This document shows, piece by piece, positions 57,493 to 64,000 of a stretch of DNA of 64,000 nt. The position numbers and the translations under genes were made by a program. Numbering within the stretch: the first letter of the stretch is position 1; every line of letters starts with the position of its first letter. Below the pieces are notes generated by a model that was not told where the DNA came from, did not search any database, and saw only the letters and a list, made by a program, of their open reading frames with translations. The stretch comes from an uncultured delta proteobacterium (GTDB lineage Bacteria > Desulfobacterota > Binatia > DP-6): positions 512,001-576,000 of the forward strand of contig CAWFFN010000007.1 in assembly GCA_963815115.1 (NCBI GenBank). The letters run 5' to 3'.

Positions 57493-58299
57493 TCATTCGC
57501 CTTCGGGGGCGACCGCGCATCTCAGGCTGCCCGCGGCCAGCATCTCGACGAGCGCCTCGTGCAGGTGCCCGTTCGAGGCGGCCGTCTCGACGCCGGTCAG
57601 CGAGTGCGACTCGCCGGCGAATCCGGTAATGCGGCCGCCGGCCTCCTCGACGATCAGCCGGCCCGCGGCCGTGTCCCACGGAGCGAGGCCCCGCTCCCAG
57701 TAGACGTCGATGCGCCCGCAGGCGACGTAGCACAGGTCGAGCGCCGCCGAGCCGCTCCGGCGCACGCAGCGCGTGCGCTCGAGGGCCACCTCGAGGAAGC
57801 GGGCGTAGTCCCGGGCACGCTCGCGCCGGTCGGAAGGGAATCCGGTCGCCGCCAGGGCATTGCCCAGCGCGGTCACGTCCGAGACCCCGATGGCGCGCCC
57901 GTTGAGCTGTGCGCCGCCTCCGCGCTGCGCGCTGAAGGTCTCGCGCCGGAGCGGATCGTGCACCAGGCCGAGGACGACGTCGCCCGCGTGCTCCAGCGCG
58001 ACGCAGACGGCGCAGTGCGGGTAGCCGTGCGCGAAGTTGGTGGTGCCGTCGAGCGGGTCGACGTACCACCGGTAGTCGCTGCGCGCGGGCACCGGCGGCG
58101 ACTCCTCGGACACGATCCCGTGATCCGGGAAGGCGGCGCGCAGCGCACCCACGATCAGCAGCTCGGCCTCGCGATCGGTCACCGTGACGATGTCGGTCGC
58201 GGTCTTGAACGCCACCGCGTGACGGCCCCCGAACCGTGCCCGTATCAGCCCTCCGGCGCGGGCGATGGCAGCGCGGGCTACCCGCTCGAACCGCCGCAC
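57493..58299 (-). CDS. suhB: Inositol monophosphatase family protein
   Basis: DIVT-x-x-D, SEE, WYVDPLDGTTNFAHG, RRSGSAALDLCYVACG, PWDTAAG. Confidence 0.92.
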   Translation of the reverse strand: MRRFERVARAAIARAGGLIRARFGGRHAVAFKTATDIVTVTDREAELLIVGALRAAFPDHGIVSEESPPVPARSDYRWYVDPLDGTTNFAHGYPHCAVCVALEHAGDVVLGLVHDPLRRETFSAQRGGGAQLNGRAIGVSDVTALGNALAATGFPSDRRERARDYARFLEVALERTRCVRRSGSAALDLCYVACGRIDVYWERGLAPWDTAAGRLIVEEAGGRITGFAGESHSLTGVETAASNGHLHEALVEMLAAGSLRCAVAPEGE

Positions 58300-58305
58300 G
58301 GGCGT

Positions 58306-58334
58306 GCTCTAGCATGGGCCTCGACCCCGGGCAA
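58306..58334 (-). promoter_or_regulatory. Sigma70-like promoter of suhB, probably leaderless
   Basis: Minus-strand TTGCCC-17 nt-TAGAGC with TGn extension, 6 nt before GTG 58299. Confidence 0.45.
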
Positions 58335-58349
58335 TTTCCGTCGTCCGTG

Positions 58350-58378
58350 TTGACATCACGGGGACCGGAAACTACTCT
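58350..58378 (+). promoter_or_regulatory. Promoter of the tRNA-Gln-prs-rplY operon
   Basis: TTGACA-17 nt-TACTCT. Confidence 0.75.
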
Positions 58379-58421
58379 GCGGCGTTTCCGAAGGGTCGGT
58401 CTTGAGCTGACGAGGAGGCCT

Positions 58422-58493
58422 TGGGCGGTAGCCAAGCTGGCAAGGCACCGGACTTTGGATCCGGCAGCGAAGGTTCGACTCCTTCCCGCCCAA
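58422..58493 (+). tRNA. tRNA-Gln (TTG)
   Basis: TGGGCGG/CCGCCCA acceptor, CCGGA-CT-TTG-GA-TCCGG anticodon arm, GGTTCGACTCC; canonical position before prs. Confidence 0.96.
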
Positions 58494-58522
58494 CTCGAGG
58501 AGATGGAGGCGCGGCGCGCTCG

Positions 58523-59467
58523 GTGAAGGACGAGATCAAGCTGTTCACGGGGAATTCGAACCGCCCGCTGGCGGAGGCGATCAGCCGTGACGTCGGGGTT
58601 CCGCTGGGTGGGGCCGAGATCGGCCGCTTCAGCGATGGCGAGGTGCAGGTCGAGATCACCGAGAACGTCCGCGGTGGCGACGTCTTCGTGATCCAGTCCA
58701 TCTCCACGCCGACCAACGACAACCTGATGGAGCTTCTCCTGATGCTCGATGCCTTCAAGCGCGCATCGGCAAAGCGCATCACGGCGGTGATCCCGTACTA
58801 CGGCTACGCACGCCAGGACCGCAAGGTGGCGCCCCGCGTGCCGATCAGCGCCAAGCTGGTGGCCGATCTGATCACCACGGCCGGGGCGGCTCGCGTGCTC
58901 ACCGTCGACCTCCACGCCGGGCAGATCCAGGGCTTCTTCGACGTGCCCGTCGACAACGTGTACGCCACGCCGGTCCTCCTCCAGTACCTGCGCGATCGGC
59001 TGGGAGACCGCGACGTCACCGTCATCGCGCCGGACGCCGGCGGCGTCGAGCGCGCGCGGGCCTTCGCCAAGCGCCTCGACGCCAATCTCGCAATCATCGA
59101 CAAGCGCCGCATCCGCCCCAACGTGGTGGCCGAGATGCAGATCATCGGCGAGGTCGACGGGCGCGCGGCGGTGATCGTCGACGACATGGTCGACACCGCG
59201 GGCACCCTGTGCACGGCCGCGGGTGCCGTGCGGGCGGCGGGAGCGCCCACCGTGCTAGCCTGCGCCACGCACGCCGTGCTCTCGGGTCCGGCGGTCTCCC
59301 GGCTCGCCGAGTCCACCATCGACGAGCTGGTGGTCACCGACACCATCCCGCTCGCCGCCGAGGCGCGGCGCCTCGACAAGATCACCGTCCTTCCCGTGTC
59401 GGCCCTCCTCGCCGAGGCCATCCGCCGTACCCACGAGGAAGCGTCGATCAGCTCGCTGTTCGTCTGA
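58523..59467 (+). CDS. prs: Ribose-phosphate pyrophosphokinase
   Basis: FSDGE, ENVRG, PYYGYARQDRK, DLHAGQIQGFFD, PDAGG, VDDMVDTAGT. Confidence 0.97.
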   Translation: MKDEIKLFTGNSNRPLAEAISRDVGVPLGGAEIGRFSDGEVQVEITENVRGGDVFVIQSISTPTNDNLMELLLMLDAFKRASAKRITAVIPYYGYARQDRKVAPRVPISAKLVADLITTAGAARVLTVDLHAGQIQGFFDVPVDNVYATPVLLQYLRDRLGDRDVTVIAPDAGGVERARAFAKRLDANLAIIDKRRIRPNVVAEMQIIGEVDGRAAVIVDDMVDTAGTLCTAAGAVRAAGAPTVLACATHAVLSGPAVSRLAESTIDELVVTDTIPLAAEARRLDKITVLPVSALLAEAIRRTHEEASISSLFV

Positions 59468-59477
59468 GGGAGTCGTC

Positions 59478-60149
59478 ATGGAAACGGTCGAGATCAGCGT
59501 CGAGCGCCGGACGGCGACGGGGAAGGGGGCCGTGCGCAAGCTGCGCGCGGCGGGGCAGGTGCCCGCCGTCCTCTACGGGCCGAAGCGGAGCGCCGCGCAC
59601 GTCACCATCGATGCGGAGCAGTTCGAGCACCGGCTCGGCCATCTCGAGGGCTCGCACCTCATCCGCGTCCTGCACGCCGGTGGGACCGACGCCGAGCTGC
59701 ACGAGCGCATGGTGCTGCTCCGGGAGATGCAGCGGCATCCCGTGACGGGGCGGGTGCTGCACGCGGACTTCTACGAGGTCGATCTCACCGAGCGCATCGC
59801 CGTGTCCATTCCGATCCACTACGTCGGCAAGGCGGTCGGCGTGGTCGGCGGTGGCATCCTGCAGCCGATCCTGCGCGAGCTCGAGGTCGAGTGCCTGCCC
59901 ACCGAGATTCCCGAGTTCGTCGAGGTGGACGTGACGCCGCTCGGCATCCACGAGGCCGTTCACGTGTCGGATCTGAAGCTCCCGGAGGGCGTCGTGCCCG
60001 TCGGGGAATCGACCCGGACGCTCGTGACGGTGCTGCCGCCGACGGTCGAGGCCAAGCCCGCGGAGGCCGCCGAAGCGGCACCGGAGGCGGCGGCAGCCGA
60101 GGGCGCCGCGGCGCCCGAAGCGCCGGCCCCGAAGGAGAAGGAAGGCTGA
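59478..60149 (+). CDS. rplY: 50S ribosomal protein L25/Ctc (long form)
   Basis: GKGAVRKLR-x-x-G-x-VPAVLYG, QRHPVT, HADF, C-terminal TL5 domain. Confidence 0.95.
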   Translation: METVEISVERRTATGKGAVRKLRAAGQVPAVLYGPKRSAAHVTIDAEQFEHRLGHLEGSHLIRVLHAGGTDAELHERMVLLREMQRHPVTGRVLHADFYEVDLTERIAVSIPIHYVGKAVGVVGGGILQPILRELEVECLPTEIPEFVEVDVTPLGIHEAVHVSDLKLPEGVVPVGESTRTLVTVLPPTVEAKPAEAAEAAPEAAAAEGAAAPEAPAPKEKEG

Positions 60150-60154
60150 TCCCC

Positions 60155-60748
60155 GTGCGGATGGTCGTCGGCCTCGGCAATCCCGGTCCGCGCTACGAGC
60201 ACACCCGGCACAACGCCGGGTTCGCGGTCGTGGACCGGCTCGCCCGCCGCTGGGGGGTCACCGTCGATCGGCCCGCCGAACGAGCGCTGATCGGCGCCGG
60301 CCGGCGGAGCGGCGAGCCCGTCCTGCTCGCCAAGCCGCAGACCTTCATGAACGCCTCGGGCGAGGCCGTGGCGCGGCTGTGTCGGACCAACGGCGTCGGC
60401 CTGGCCGATCTCATCCTCGTTCACGACGACGTCGACGTCGGCTCCGGACGCGTCAGGCTGCGACTCGGCGGCGGCGACGGGGGCAACCGCGGGGTCGAGT
60501 CGGTCATCGAGGCCCTGGGCAGTCCCGAATTTCTCCGCGTGAAGGTCGGCGTCGGCCGTCCGCCCGAGGGGGTGGACACGGCCGATCACGTGCTCGCCGA
60601 GGTCGTCGGCACCGACGATCGGCGCCTGCTCGACGCGGCGTGCGACACCGCCGCCGAGGCGGTCGATCTGGTGCTCGAGCAGGGCACCACGCGCGCCATG
60701 AATCGCATCAACCAACGGGAGGCAGTGCATGGCGGAGCGCCGCTATGA
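60155..60748 (+). CDS. pth: Peptidyl-tRNA hydrolase
   Basis: VGLGNPG-x-x-Y-x-x-TRHNAGF, KPQTFMNASG, HDD, GVGRP. Confidence 0.96.
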   Translation: MRMVVGLGNPGPRYEHTRHNAGFAVVDRLARRWGVTVDRPAERALIGAGRRSGEPVLLAKPQTFMNASGEAVARLCRTNGVGLADLILVHDDVDVGSGRVRLRLGGGDGGNRGVESVIEALGSPEFLRVKVGVGRPPEGVDTADHVLAEVVGTDDRRLLDAACDTAAEAVDLVLEQGTTRAMNRINQREAVHGGAPL

Positions 60749-61127
60749 AACGGTCGTACTGATTCATCTGGAGCAGGGCGAGGCTGGCTCGAAGGAGCTG
60801 ACGGCCCGCATCCAGAAGCTGATCGAGGAGCAGGGCGGGACCGTGAGCCAGGTGCAGGACTGGGGCCTGCGCGACCTCGCCTATCTCGTCGCCAAGCAAC
60901 GCCGGGCGTTCTACGTGCTGTTCGAGTACCGGGCCACCCCCAAGGCGTTGCAGGAGATCGAACGCAACCTCACCCTCATGGATCCGGTCCTGCGCTTCAT
61001 CTCGGTCCGGCAGGCGGAAAATGCGCCGCCCGCCGCCCTGCGCCCGACCCGGCGCCCCGAGCGCGAGGAGACCGAGTTCGAGGAGGGCGGCGACGTCGAG
61101 CAGATGAACGAAGGGGAGAGCTCCTGA
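60729..61127 (+). CDS. rpsF: 30S ribosomal protein S6
   Basis: [18 protein letters not shown]. Confidence 0.93.
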   Translation: MAERRYETVVLIHLEQGEAGSKELTARIQKLIEEQGGTVSQVQDWGLRDLAYLVAKQRRAFYVLFEYRATPKALQEIERNLTLMDPVLRFISVRQAENAPPAALRPTRRPEREETEFEEGGDVEQMNEGESS

Positions 61128-61128
61128 C

Positions 61129-61389
61129 ATGGCACGCGAACGCTCATCTCCCCGCACACCGCGACGTCGCGGCATGGGCCGCCGCAAGGTCTGCCGCTTC
61201 TGCGCCGACAAGACCATGCTCATCGACTACAAGGACGCGCGCACGCTCGGCACCTTCCTGAGCGAGCGCGGCAAGATCATCCCGGCACGGATCACCGGCA
61301 CCTGCGCGCGTCACCAGCGGCGGCTCACCGTGGCCGTCAAGCAGGCGCGTACGGTGGCGCTGCTGCCCTACACCACGGCCTACCCCTAG
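61129..61389 (+). CDS. rpsR: 30S ribosomal protein S18
   Basis: [25 protein letters not shown]-x-C-x-x-HQR, LLPY. Confidence 0.97.
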   Translation: MARERSSPRTPRRRGMGRRKVCRFCADKTMLIDYKDARTLGTFLSERGKIIPARITGTCARHQRRLTVAVKQARTVALLPYTTAYP

Positions 61390-61407
61390 GCCACGAGGAG
61401 ACCGTTC

Positions 61408-61872
61408 ATGGCCGTCGAGGTCATCCTGCGAGACGACGTCCCCAACCTCGGTCACATCGGCGAGGTGGTTCGCGTCAAGCCCGGCTACGCCCGCAACTAC
61501 CTTCTTCCCCGCGGCCTCGCCATCGAGGCCAACAGCAAGAACCTGCGCGTCCTCGAACACCAGAAGCGCATCATCGGCGCCAAGGCGGAGCGCGACCGCA
61601 AGGACGCGCAGGGCCACGCCACGCGGCTCGAAGGACTCGAGCTGCGCGTGCAGGCCCGGGTGGGCGAGGAGGGGAGGCTGTTCGGCTCGGTGACCAATCT
61701 CGACGTCGAGCGCCTGCTCGCCGCCAAGGGGTTCCAGATCGATCGGCGGCGCATCCAGCTCGCGGAGCCGATCAAGCAGCTGGGAACCTATCCGGTGCCG
61801 GTCCAGCTCGGCCGCGACGTCCGGGCCACCATCCAGGTCGTCGTGGAAGCGCAGGAGACCGAGCCCGCCTGA
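61408..61872 (+). CDS. rplI: 50S ribosomal protein L9
   Basis: EVIL-x-x-DV-x-NLG-x-x-GEVVRVKPGYARNYLLP, GRLFGSVT. Confidence 0.97.
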   Translation: MAVEVILRDDVPNLGHIGEVVRVKPGYARNYLLPRGLAIEANSKNLRVLEHQKRIIGAKAERDRKDAQGHATRLEGLELRVQARVGEEGRLFGSVTNLDVERLLAAKGFQIDRRRIQLAEPIKQLGTYPVPVQLGRDVRATIQVVVEAQETEPA

Positions 61873-61889
61873 GCGGCGCGACGACCCCC

Positions 61890-64000
<2,111 letters not shown>

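Noticed and set aside
57347-58493. tRNA genes as integration sites
   Set aside because: No duplicated tRNA 3' ends or integrase in the flanks.

Overview
High-GC bacterial chromosome segment, mostly housekeeping. Gene order and 16S style suggest a deltaproteobacteria-like lineage, possibly Binatota/Binatia (inference). Left to right: moaA and a polyprenyl synthase divergent from mrp-ferredoxin; an inositol-phospholipid operon (ino1, CDP-alcohol phosphotransferase, flippase-like protein, coaBC); udg-nfeD-SPFH-queA-tgt-yajC-secDF; an HTH gene and a pmtA-like methyltransferase; aspS; an ~11.5 kb accessory island; ald and folD-gcvTHP; HNH-smc-ftsY-6S RNA-ygfA-rny-ymdB-tyrS; a complete 16S-tRNAIle-tRNAAla-23S-5S operon; cyclophilin, isochorismatase, tRNA-Arg, suhB; tRNA-Gln-prs-rplY-pth-rpsF-rpsR-rplI-dgt; and a partial sqdB. 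The island (three GT2 glycosyltransferases, a radical SAM enzyme, two SAM-dependent transferases, a secreted Cys-repeat sugar dehydrogenase, and an NHL/PIN-toxin chimeric remnant) is the best candidate for an undescribed system, probably glycan or glycolipid tailoring. Also notable: several apparently leaderless promoters, a broad lipid repertoire (inositol lipid, methylated PE/PC, sulfoquinovose), and a dense cluster of indels in rny-ymdB-tyrS that is most likely assembly error. All calls rest on motif recognition by eye; no database searches were run.
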